In this document: piece by piece, positions 9,801-18,137 of the stretch | Position numbering within the stretch: the first letter of the stretch is position 1 | Layout: every line of letters begins with the position of its first letter | From: an uncultured Pseudobdellovibrionaceae bacterium | GTDB taxonomy: Bacteria > Bdellovibrionota > Bdellovibrionia > Bdellovibrionales > UBA1609 | Length of the DNA stretch: 64,000 bases | Assembly (NCBI GenBank): GCA_963803705.1 | Contig: CAWDNU010000001.1 | Coordinates: forward strand, 544,001-608,000 | Reading direction: 5' to 3' | Made by a program: the position numbers and the translations under genes | Notes under the pieces: model-generated | What the model saw: the letters and a program-made list of their open reading frames with translations, nothing else | What the model was told of the DNA's origin: nothing | Database searches by the model: none

Positions 9801-11249
9801 TTAATAGACCAAAAGTCGTGGTTCAGTCATCTCTTCCATAGCGTAGCGAACCCCTTCGCGCCCAAGGCCGGACATTTTGACACCGCCGTAGGGCATACTG
9901 TCGACACGAAATCCTGGAACATTATTGATGATAACGCCTGCGACTTCCAGGCTCGCATGAGCCATGTTCACATGTTGAAAGTTATTTGTAAAAACTCCGA
10001 CTTGAAGACCGAATTTTGAATCGTTCACTTTTGCTACAGCATCTTCAAAAGTCGCTACTTTTTCAATTACAGCTATAGGGCCAAAAGCCTCTTCATCAAG
10101 GACTTTCATAGGCGATTTAGTTTCAGTTAGAAGTGTTGGCTCGTACAAATTGTGTTCGGCGCTTAAAATCTTTCCACCTGTTAAAATTTCAGCTCCACCT
10201 TTTTTAGCCTCTTCGATCCAGCTTGCGATTCTGTCGAAGTGCTGTTTATCAATCAATGGACCTGCAACTGTTTTGGGGTCTTTTGGGTCACCTGTTTTAA
10301 GCTCTTGGATATCTTTGATAAGTAGATTTTTAAATTCTTCGAAAATAGTTTCAAGGACATAAATCCTTTGGGTAGAAATGCAAATCTGACCGGCATAAAG
10401 AAATGCTCCAGCAGCAACTGACTTTGCAATGGACTTTAAATCAGTATTTTCGTCGACTATGACTGCTGCGTTTCCACCAAGTTCTAAAGCGACCTTTTTC
10501 ATTCCACAGATTGTCTTAAGGTACCAGCCTACCTTTTCACTACCTGTAAACGAAACCATAGCAATTCTATCATCACGAACCATTTTTTCTGCCATAGGAA
10601 TGCTGCAATTTACAAAATTTGCCACACCAGCTGGGTAACCAACTTCGTCTAAAAGATTAGCTAAGAAAAGAGAGCTAAGCGGAGCTTGTGGCGCAGGTTT
10701 TACAATCACTGAGCATCCTGAAGCAAGAGCAGGCGCAACCTTGTGAAGAACCAAATTTAAAGGAAAATTAAAAGGGGTAATACATAAAATTGGACCGATT
10801 GGAATTCTTTTCGTAAAAGCTACTTTTCCTTCACCGGAATCGAAATCAATGGGCACTGTTTCTCCAGTAAAACTTTTGGCTTCACTTGCAGCGGTGGAAA
10901 TAGTGGCCAAACACCTTTTTATTTCTGATTCAGCATAAGACTTTGGCTTTCCAGCTTCTGCTACGATTAGATCAACAGCTTCTTGAAACCGGTTATTTAG
11001 AGCACCGTAAAGCTTTTGAAGATGTTCAGACCGCTTTCCAGCTGACCATGACTTAAGTTCTATAAAACCCTTAACTGAAGTTCGAATTGCCTGTTTAATA
11101 TCAGCTTCACTGGCCATGGGCAGTTTGATAATGGACTTTTGAGTGTACTTGTCTACGACATCTAAAAAATCGTCTTCAGTTTCTGTATTATTTTTAACGA
11201 TCCACTTTCCATTTATGTAATTTCCAAACTGAATTTCTTTTTTTTTCAT
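9801..11249 (-). CDS. NAD(P)-dependent aldehyde dehydrogenase
   Basis: PFNFP, FTGS, LELGGNA, GQICIS (catalytic Cys), EEAFGP, PYGGVKMSGLGREG; ATGA overlap with the upstream gene. Confidence 0.95.
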   Translation of the reverse strand: MKKKEIQFGNYINGKWIVKNNTETEDDFLDVVDKYTQKSIIKLPMASEADIKQAIRTSVKGFIELKSWSAGKRSEHLQKLYGALNNRFQEAVDLIVAEAGKPKSYAESEIKRCLATISTAASEAKSFTGETVPIDFDSGEGKVAFTKRIPIGPILCITPFNFPLNLVLHKVAPALASGCSVIVKPAPQAPLSSLFLANLLDEVGYPAGVANFVNCSIPMAEKMVRDDRIAMVSFTGSEKVGWYLKTICGMKKVALELGGNAAVIVDENTDLKSIAKSVAAGAFLYAGQICISTQRIYVLETIFEEFKNLLIKDIQELKTGDPKDPKTVAGPLIDKQHFDRIASWIEEAKKGGAEILTGGKILSAEHNLYEPTLLTETKSPMKVLDEEAFGPIAVIEKVATFEDAVAKVNDSKFGLQVGVFTNNFQHVNMAHASLEVAGVIINNVPGFRVDSMPYGGVKMSGLGREGVRYAMEEMTEPRLLVY

Positions 11250-12232
11250 AGGTTTAAATCCTTGATAGTCAGATTAATTTTAGAAGCTTCAAAATTTTGA
11301 AACGACTGGTGAATTTGCTGTTGGTGCCATAGTAGTGAAAGATTCAACTGCTGAGGTCGGTAAATGACAGTGTAAAGTGTACCGAACTGCTGACTAAAAT
11401 TAGTGTTAAAAAGGGGCTCATTAAGAAACGCCTGGACTATTTTGTCTGTAGAGACATCAGCACTTGCCAAAGTTTTTTGTAGGAAGTTGTAGCGTTCTAT
11501 AGTTCCCGAAAACTCTGCGTACTCTAGCCATTCTACATTCTGCTGGTGGTTTGTTGAAACTTTGTCGTCAACGAAAACCGCGGGAAGGCCAGGGCTCAGG
11601 TACACTTTCGTGTAGGCCCCTGTCTGATCTAGAAGCATTACGTTGTAAGACATATGGCATGGAATCTGCGCTATTTTCAATTTAGCTTCGGCAACGCTGT
11701 TACTTGTTTCTAAAAGATATCTTAAAATTAGTGGTGCCCCGAAACCTTGACCTACTTCTTTTCTTCCGCCAAATGTGAGTGAAGCAATTAGCCCGCTTTC
11801 GTTCATTCCATCAAGTAAACCCCAAGCACAATCAAGCATCCCGATTACGGGTCTTAGCCAATTGGAATAAAACAAAGTTCTTTCAAAGAGATCCGCACTG
11901 TAATCGTAGTTTCTAATAAGAGATGGATCATTCTGGTTCCAGATAATTTGAGAACAACCGGCCATGTAAGGAGGCGGATTGTACAGACTTAAAAAACGGC
12001 TAGCGATATCAGAGCCCCCCGTACTTTCAGCTAATTTAGAAAACACTGGGACAATCTCTGGCATGTAACTCTTTAAAGCTGATAAGCAAGTGTGGTAGCC
12101 AGGTCTACGAAGTAAACCTTCCGACAAATACCAGGCCTCGCAGTGGGGCCAAACACTATCCCAGTGCTCTAGCCACTTCTCGTTCTCTTTGTTTTCCTTA
12201 ACGCACTCAAAATCAAAATTTACTTCAGACAA
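11246..12232 (-). CDS. C45-family autoproteolytic Ntn acyltransferase/hydrolase
   Basis: AG|CSQ nucleophile site, LIRNYDY, DGMNESGL, STNHQ. Start moved to TTG 12232, 7 nt after GGTGGA and overlapping the upstream stop; the ORF track start is 12274. Confidence 0.85.
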   Translation of the reverse strand: MSEVNFDFECVKENKENEKWLEHWDSVWPHCEAWYLSEGLLRRPGYHTCLSALKSYMPEIVPVFSKLAESTGGSDIASRFLSLYNPPPYMAGCSQIIWNQNDPSLIRNYDYSADLFERTLFYSNWLRPVIGMLDCAWGLLDGMNESGLIASLTFGGRKEVGQGFGAPLILRYLLETSNSVAEAKLKIAQIPCHMSYNVMLLDQTGAYTKVYLSPGLPAVFVDDKVSTNHQQNVEWLEYAEFSGTIERYNFLQKTLASADVSTDKIVQAFLNEPLFNTNFSQQFGTLYTVIYRPQQLNLSLLWHQQQIHQSFQNFEASKINLTIKDLNL

Positions 12233-13964
12233 ATTTGAATCCACCGACTTCAGCTTTTTCGGGGGCATCTGCACCCGTGTACAATTCAGACTTATACTTG
12301 GATCTTATTGCATTTATCCAAGAGTTAGCCCTATCTGTAAGCTCAAACTCATCTGTCATTAATCGACCCCTCATAACTAATATACCAAGGTCAGCGCCTT
12401 CATATAAATAATCACCTTCATTGATGATCCTTAGAAAAAAAGCCTCGTCGTCTTGCTCAACAGCTCTTCTATGTGTGTCCATACGATCGTAAACAATTTC
12501 ACCACTTTGATCTATTTTCCAGATTCCAGATTTAGGTGATTCTTTAACCATCTCGATGGTGTCTTTGGTGTGTTTAATAACCATTTGCCCCCAGCTATCA
12601 ATGTTCTCTGGCTTAGCCCACCTTTTGTTCAAAGCTTTTACATTCAATTCAAAAGGTTGCTTCATCCACTCAAGCATGTGAAACAAGAGTAAAGGCATAT
12701 CTGAAAGGGCGAAAACAGCATGATTTGTAATTGAACTAGCGCCGGTTATTCTGGGGTTTAGTTCACCTAGGTAAAGGTTATTAGAATCTAGATCAATTAG
12801 AAAATCCAATTCGAAATAACCCTTGTAGCCTTTGTTCTTAAGCTGTTCACCAAATCTTTCAGTGTAGACTCTGGCTTGATTCCGAATCTTTTCGGTAAAA
12901 ATGTCTGCATAGATTTCATTGCCACACCAACCACCTTTATATGGTGTCAAATCCTTGAAGCCCACCAATTCCGTCATTAAAGGGGCGACCACTGTTCCTT
13001 GTGATGTAACACATGCTTCGATAGCTGCACCACGACAGTTTATTCTCTTCATTATTTTAACTTCTTTCTCTTTTAGAATTTCATCGGCATGAACTTTCCA
13101 GTCGTCTTCGGATTTAATAAAAAAAGTGGTGTGACCAGAGTCTCCGAAAGGTAATTGTATGACCAGTTCATCGCCAAGTTTTTTTGATATCATCTTTAGG
13201 TGATCAAAGCTTTTTACCTTGGAGAGAACGTATGGGACACAAGGCACCTTAGCTTTTTCAGCAAGTCGGTTTGTGTTTACTTTATTGTCTAACCACTGCC
13301 GCATTTTTGCAGGAGGGAAACATATTTCCAGGCCCATTTGCTTAGCCATCTGTTCAGTTTTTTCATCAAACATCAAGAATAAGGCTTTTCCCTTGTTTCC
13401 ACGGGCGTTAATGAAGTCTTGGACTTCTTTGTGCTCTAGCAGATAATTGTTGATTTCTTCAATGCTTTGAAATTCACCGTGGGGAATTTCTTCTTTTGGA
13501 CTAAAGACGTTTGGATGAAGGCCGTCGAAGCACTCTACGTAAACAATAAATTTAAAGCTCTTTATCCATTCATCAGCACCCAGAAGGTTAAAGTTTGTAG
13601 CGCTAATAAAATATATTGGCTCTTCGTTACGTAAAAAAAATCTTCGCATGTCTGATATACCTTTAAGTACGTTCTTTGAGCTGCTGATTTTTTTAGTAGT
13701 TTTCTTTTTTGCTTTCTTTGACGTTTTCTTGGTTAAGCTCTTCGGCGAACTTTTAGTCAATTTTTTTGCCGTTTTTTTTGGCTTACTTTTTAAAGTGTTC
13801 TTAGATAATTTTTTTTTTGCTAATTTTTTTTTGCTAATTTTCTTTTTTGATTTCTTTTTTGATTTTTTTTGAGTGGTTCTTTTATTTAGCGTTTTTTTCT
13901 TAGCTGCTTTTTTTGCTACTTTCTTTTTTAAAACCTTTTTTTTTTCTTTTCCAGAGACATACAC
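12225..13964 (-). CDS. ATP-grasp ligase (family often auto-annotated 'biotin carboxylase') with ~100-aa Lys-rich N-terminal extension
   Basis: DNKVNT, VIQLPFGDSGHTTFFI, KIMKRI, GYFELDFL, LGELNPRITG are ATP-grasp motifs; residues ~6-98 are K/S/T/A low complexity. Confidence 0.85.
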   Translation of the reverse strand: MYVSGKEKKKVLKKKVAKKAAKKKTLNKRTTQKKSKKKSKKKISKKKLAKKKLSKNTLKSKPKKTAKKLTKSSPKSLTKKTSKKAKKKTTKKISSSKNVLKGISDMRRFFLRNEEPIYFISATNFNLLGADEWIKSFKFIVYVECFDGLHPNVFSPKEEIPHGEFQSIEEINNYLLEHKEVQDFINARGNKGKALFLMFDEKTEQMAKQMGLEICFPPAKMRQWLDNKVNTNRLAEKAKVPCVPYVLSKVKSFDHLKMISKKLGDELVIQLPFGDSGHTTFFIKSEDDWKVHADEILKEKEVKIMKRINCRGAAIEACVTSQGTVVAPLMTELVGFKDLTPYKGGWCGNEIYADIFTEKIRNQARVYTERFGEQLKNKGYKGYFELDFLIDLDSNNLYLGELNPRITGASSITNHAVFALSDMPLLLFHMLEWMKQPFELNVKALNKRWAKPENIDSWGQMVIKHTKDTIEMVKESPKSGIWKIDQSGEIVYDRMDTHRRAVEQDDEAFFLRIINEGDYLYEGADLGILVMRGRLMTDEFELTDRANSWINAIRSKYKSELYTGADAPEKAEVGGFKFV

Positions 13965-14013
13965 AAACCTTTTTTGTTAATTAGTTAAAGATACAAATAG
14001 TTAAGTTAAGTAC

Positions 14014-16707
14014 TCAATTACGGCTGACTTCATCGTCATGGGTATTTGCCTTTCTAGCACCCATCCCAAAAGCTGTTGGTTGGTGATGCCGGTTCAAGAC
14101 TTTATCATTAAATAGCCTTAGACCAATTCCAGGATTATAACCATGAATTTCAGTGACATCTAAACCCAATAGGAAATCAATAATTTCTTTAGACACAACT
14201 TGTCCAGGAACCAGTACTGGAAAGCCAGGTGGATAAGGGATCACAAATGTTGAAGACACAATACTTTCTTTTTTATTTAATGCTTCTAAAGCATCTATTA
14301 GCCTTAAATACATGCAATTATCTTCATCGTAAGACAGGTAATAAGCGTCTCTCATATTTCCGCCAACAACACCGGGTAATTCTCTAAACGAATCGTGAAA
14401 TCCAGTGAAACTTGGCAAAGGAGCTGCGTCGTTCATCAGGGAATGAGCTTTCTTTTTAATTGCAATTTGAAGCTCTGTGCTTGCGGCATTTGTGTCATGA
14501 TCAATTTTTTCAGCAATTTTCAAAAGGACACTTAGCAAATAAGAAACAGAACTTCTAGTTGTACCTATATTTGTCATAAATAGAACTGTATTGGGCGAAG
14601 TTTTATTGATTTGAATTCCAAATTGATCCATTAAGAATTTGTTTCTAAAAGTTGTACCGTCTACTCCTGTTTTCCCAACACATAAAGTGACCTTAGTGGG
14701 ATCTAGCGCAAACTCATCATTTTTCCAAGTGTCGCCTTGTCTGGCCCATGTGCCATTCTCATTTAGAAAATCTACAGGCTGGTCCTTGCGAAATTCATCT
14801 GGTACTATTTCATCGATGGTTAAAACATGAAAATACTTATTTAATATTGGATGAGTTGAAATCTGATGGCGTAGATTCATAGCCATTTCGATAGCTCTTT
14901 CAGTAAGCTCGAAGCCCTCAAATTCTGCCTGTCTGCGGCCGGCATCAAGCGACGCTAAAATCTGGTAGTTGGGGGACGTAGAAATGTGGGTCAAGTAAGC
15001 CTCGTGAAATGAATTTTCGTTTTTTTTAGTAAAATCCTCATCGTAGACATGAATTACAGATCCTTGCCTAAACGAAGATAGGGTCTTGTGAGTGGACTGT
15101 GTTGAATAAACTCTGACGCGAGTTTCTTTAGAAAGCTCCTCACCTTTTTTAGACTTTAATGCTTTGTCGCGGGCTTCTTGAATTTTGCGCGCAGCATACA
15201 TCGCGGTTCTAGATCTTAGATATGGGGAAAATGAGGCAAATGCAAACCAAGCTTCATCCCATAAGAAGATCATATCAGGCTTTATTTTTAAGACCTCTTC
15301 CATAACCATTTTAGGATTGTAAACAATACCGTCAAAAGTTGAATTGGTAAGTACGAGCATTTTTACTTTGTCCAAACGGCCAGCATCCTTAAGATCATTC
15401 AGCTTATCCACAATAGTTTTTACTGGCACTGCACCGTAAATCGAATAGGGTTGGATCTTGTAGGAATCAAGATAAACAGGTATGGCCCCAGATAAAACCA
15501 GAGCATAATGGTGGGATTTGTGACACTCTCGATCGATAAGAACTATGTCACCTGGTTGTGTTAGAGCCTGATGAATAATTTTATTTGATGTTGAGGTTCC
15601 ATTGGTTACAAAAAAAGTTTTTTTTGCTTGGTAGGCGTTTGCAGCCATCTCTTGCGCTTTTTTTAACGGACCAGTGGGCTGAGATAAAGAATCTAAGCCG
15701 CCTGCCGTAGTTGAGGTTTCAGCTAAAAACAAATTTCTACCATAAAATTCACCGAAATCACGCATCCACCAAGATTTGAAAACAGAATTACCTCTAGAGA
15801 TAGGCATTGCGTGAAAAACGCCCGTAGGTTTTTGGCTGTAATCTTTTAGTGCCGTAAAAAAAGGAGTTTGGAAACGCTGGCGAATATCTTGAATCAAACT
15901 GATATGAAGTTCTTGCATGTCTTCCATACGGTAAAAAATTCTTTGGAATACCTTTAGCATCTCTTCTGGAGTGTCTTTCAGTGACATATCAGTTACAAAG
16001 TAAATGGATAGTTCAGGACGTAGCTCTTTTATTTTTTTGGCTAATGCTATTACTAAATTATTTTTTTGATTAGGCATAAATGTGTCTTTTGAAATAGAAT
16101 CCAAAAAGCACTCGTAGGATTGGTGCTCAAAATTTTCTTCTTTTCTTCTGGCTACATGGTACCTTAATACAACAGACTGTAACATTGGATTGAATAAAAT
16201 AGCAGTTAGTGCGCCCTCGTAAGAAGTAGCAAAAACAGTGCGGTAGTATGTGTCCTTTTGTTTCTTGCAGTGTCCAGATAAGACTTCGCGGATATAATCT
16301 TGGTCTTTTTCTTTGATGTCATCAACAAAAAGCACTTCAAAATAGTTCATCGTGTGTTCACTATCTTGCACTGTATTTTTTTTACTTGAAGTTAACGAAA
16401 ATTTATTACTCTTACGATAAGACGCTGCTGTGAAAGCTCTTAGGCAGAGGGTAACATCACTGTACATTGCCTTATACTCTTGATGCTTCAAACGTTTTTT
16501 TAAGGCTTGCATAAACTGGCGACCAGGGAAACCCCAATATTTTTCAAGTTCAAATAGCTGACAGACAATTGTTCGCGCACGATCAGTGTTTGAATCTAAA
16601 TCGTTTAATTGATTAATCGCCCTTAAGACTAAACGTAGTTCACGCCAAACTGCCAGACGATATTGCGAGATATAGTAATAGTTTTCAGGATTGGTCGAGG
16701 GTAAAAT
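14014..16707 (-). CDS. large fold-type-I PLP amino-acid decarboxylase (Orn/Lys/Arg decarboxylase family) with receiver-like domain
   Basis: FVTNGTSTSN, DRECHKSHHY, DEAW, STHKTL (PLP Lys), PYPPGFP; receiver-like FEVLFVDD. The frame stays open 65 codons above ATG 16512, up to ATT 16707, which lies 6 nt after AAGGGGA. Confidence 0.9.
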   Translation of the reverse strand: MLPSTNPENYYYISQYRLAVWRELRLVLRAINQLNDLDSNTDRARTIVCQLFELEKYWGFPGRQFMQALKKRLKHQEYKAMYSDVTLCLRAFTAASYRKSNKFSLTSSKKNTVQDSEHTMNYFEVLFVDDIKEKDQDYIREVLSGHCKKQKDTYYRTVFATSYEGALTAILFNPMLQSVVLRYHVARRKEENFEHQSYECFLDSISKDTFMPNQKNNLVIALAKKIKELRPELSIYFVTDMSLKDTPEEMLKVFQRIFYRMEDMQELHISLIQDIRQRFQTPFFTALKDYSQKPTGVFHAMPISRGNSVFKSWWMRDFGEFYGRNLFLAETSTTAGGLDSLSQPTGPLKKAQEMAANAYQAKKTFFVTNGTSTSNKIIHQALTQPGDIVLIDRECHKSHHYALVLSGAIPVYLDSYKIQPYSIYGAVPVKTIVDKLNDLKDAGRLDKVKMLVLTNSTFDGIVYNPKMVMEEVLKIKPDMIFLWDEAWFAFASFSPYLRSRTAMYAARKIQEARDKALKSKKGEELSKETRVRVYSTQSTHKTLSSFRQGSVIHVYDEDFTKKNENSFHEAYLTHISTSPNYQILASLDAGRRQAEFEGFELTERAIEMAMNLRHQISTHPILNKYFHVLTIDEIVPDEFRKDQPVDFLNENGTWARQGDTWKNDEFALDPTKVTLCVGKTGVDGTTFRNKFLMDQFGIQINKTSPNTVLFMTNIGTTRSSVSYLLSVLLKIAEKIDHDTNAASTELQIAIKKKAHSLMNDAAPLPSFTGFHDSFRELPGVVGGNMRDAYYLSYDEDNCMYLRLIDALEALNKKESIVSSTFVIPYPPGFPVLVPGQVVSKEIIDFLLGLDVTEIHGYNPGIGLRLFNDKVLNRHHQPTAFGMGARKANTHDDEVSRN

Positions 16708-16741
16708 GGTAAGTCCCCTTTGTAGAGATTTGAATTAGATT

Positions 16742-17158
16742 TTAGGCTTTTGAACATAAGGCTAAGCGATTACCTTCAGAATCAAGCACCAAAGAATAAT
16801 ATCCAATGTCTTCATTTATAAGCGTTTTACCCATTAGAATTTGTCCGCCTGCTTCAGAAATTTTATTTAAAGGCTCGTCCAGACTTGCTCCTGCATTAAG
16901 GTACAGGAGGGATCCGGAGTGGCTTGGAATGCAACCGTCTCCGAAAACTAAAGCTCCTCCGACGCCTGACTCTGTAGGGAAAAAAGCCATAGTATGGGTG
17001 CCAGTCTGTAAAGGCTCGAATTTAATATCGAATATAGTGGAATAAAAATGTATAGCTCTATCTAAATTAGTAACTGGTATTTCGTACCACGATACGAAAT
17101 CGCCTTTTTTAATAGGTTTTTTTATTCTAGGTTTTTTAGGTTTTTCTTTTTGTTTCAT
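16742..17158 (-). CDS. VOC (glyoxalase/bleomycin-resistance) family protein with short Lys-rich N-tail
   Basis: WYEIPVTNLDRAIHFYSTIF...AGGQIL...DSEGNRLAL. Confidence 0.9.
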   Translation of the reverse strand: MKQKEKPKKPRIKKPIKKGDFVSWYEIPVTNLDRAIHFYSTIFDIKFEPLQTGTHTMAFFPTESGVGGALVFGDGCIPSHSGSLLYLNAGASLDEPLNKISEAGGQILMGKTLINEDIGYYSLVLDSEGNRLALCSKA

Positions 17159-17232
17159 AAGTCTTGCTCCAAATTTAAATGTTAAAATTCAATGTTAGGA
17201 TCTAAAGGTAAGAAGTAGAAATAAGATCTAGA

Positions 17233-18135
17233 TCATAATTTAATCTCAGGTTTGCTTGGGTCTTCGAATGCAGCCTGTAAGGGGACTTTTCTAGCAGGCT
17301 TTTCAAGAGGACCTAAACTAGATAAGTAGGTTCCGTCAAAGCCTTGGTTATAGACATCAAAACTTACTTTACGATCTCTAAAGCTTTTCAAAGGTTGCCC
17401 TAGTCTTAAAAGGCCCAGTTCGCGACTACGCTTAACACGAGCAACATCAAGCTCTATGGGAATAATCTCTTCACCGACATTCGCGGTGTACAGTACTCTG
17501 CCATCAGGTCCACACACTGTTGACCTGCCATTTCCCCCTGCACCAATGCCGTTGACGTCAAAGACGAAACATTGATTTGTTGCAGCAGTTGCTTGCACAA
17601 TCGCAAGTTCAACTTCTCTGTCAATCGTAGGAGTCAAAGTGGGGTGAAGTATGACCTCGACACCATTAGCGACCATTTGCCGGGCAGTTTCAGGAAACCA
17701 TAAATCATAGCAAACTGAAATACCAAAACGGCCAACATTTGGCACATCGAAATGGGTGAACTTATCACCAGGTGTTACACCTTCTTCGTAGGGATAAAAA
17801 GGAAAGAGCTTGTCGTATCTGCAGACCACTTCTCCTTTGGGACTTATAGCAATTGCCGTATTAAATATATCGGCTCCTCGCTTTTGGTACATAGAACCAG
17901 GAACTATCCATATAGAGTGTTTTTTCGCCAAATCACAAAAAACTTTTTCAACTGCCTGCGGGTCAGTCAGGGCGTAATTCGTTAATGGGCCAAAGGCACA
18001 CAATTCACTAAACATAATCAAATTCACCCAAGGGTAAATGGACACTGTTAAATCAATTTTATGCTTCATAATTTCAATGTTACTAGTTGTAGCCGACATA
18101 TACATTTGAATACCGGCTATCGAAAATGCTTTCAT
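17233..18135 (-). CDS. carbon-nitrogen hydrolase (nitrilase superfamily amidase)
   Basis: E-K-C triad: FSEL, YDKLFP, VCYDLWFPE. Confidence 0.9.
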   Translation of the reverse strand: MKAFSIAGIQMYMSATTSNIEIMKHKIDLTVSIYPWVNLIMFSELCAFGPLTNYALTDPQAVEKVFCDLAKKHSIWIVPGSMYQKRGADIFNTAIAISPKGEVVCRYDKLFPFYPYEEGVTPGDKFTHFDVPNVGRFGISVCYDLWFPETARQMVANGVEVILHPTLTPTIDREVELAIVQATAATNQCFVFDVNGIGAGGNGRSTVCGPDGRVLYTANVGEEIIPIELDVARVKRSRELGLLRLGQPLKSFRDRKVSFDVYNQGFDGTYLSSLGPLEKPARKVPLQAAFEDPSKPEIKL

Positions 18136-18137
18136 AC

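Noticed and set aside
13648..13872. Phe-rich ORFs here and at 41258-41545, 48271-48562 and 50425-50862
   Set aside because: Antisense shadows of Lys-rich (AAA/AAG) coding tails. The other short ORFs nested in long genes were rejected as shadows as well.
12225..13964. Calling the ATP-grasp gene accC (biotin carboxylase)
   Set aside because: It lacks the ANRGEIA N-terminus and the EMNTRIQVEH motif, and no biotin carrier or carboxyltransferase gene is nearby.
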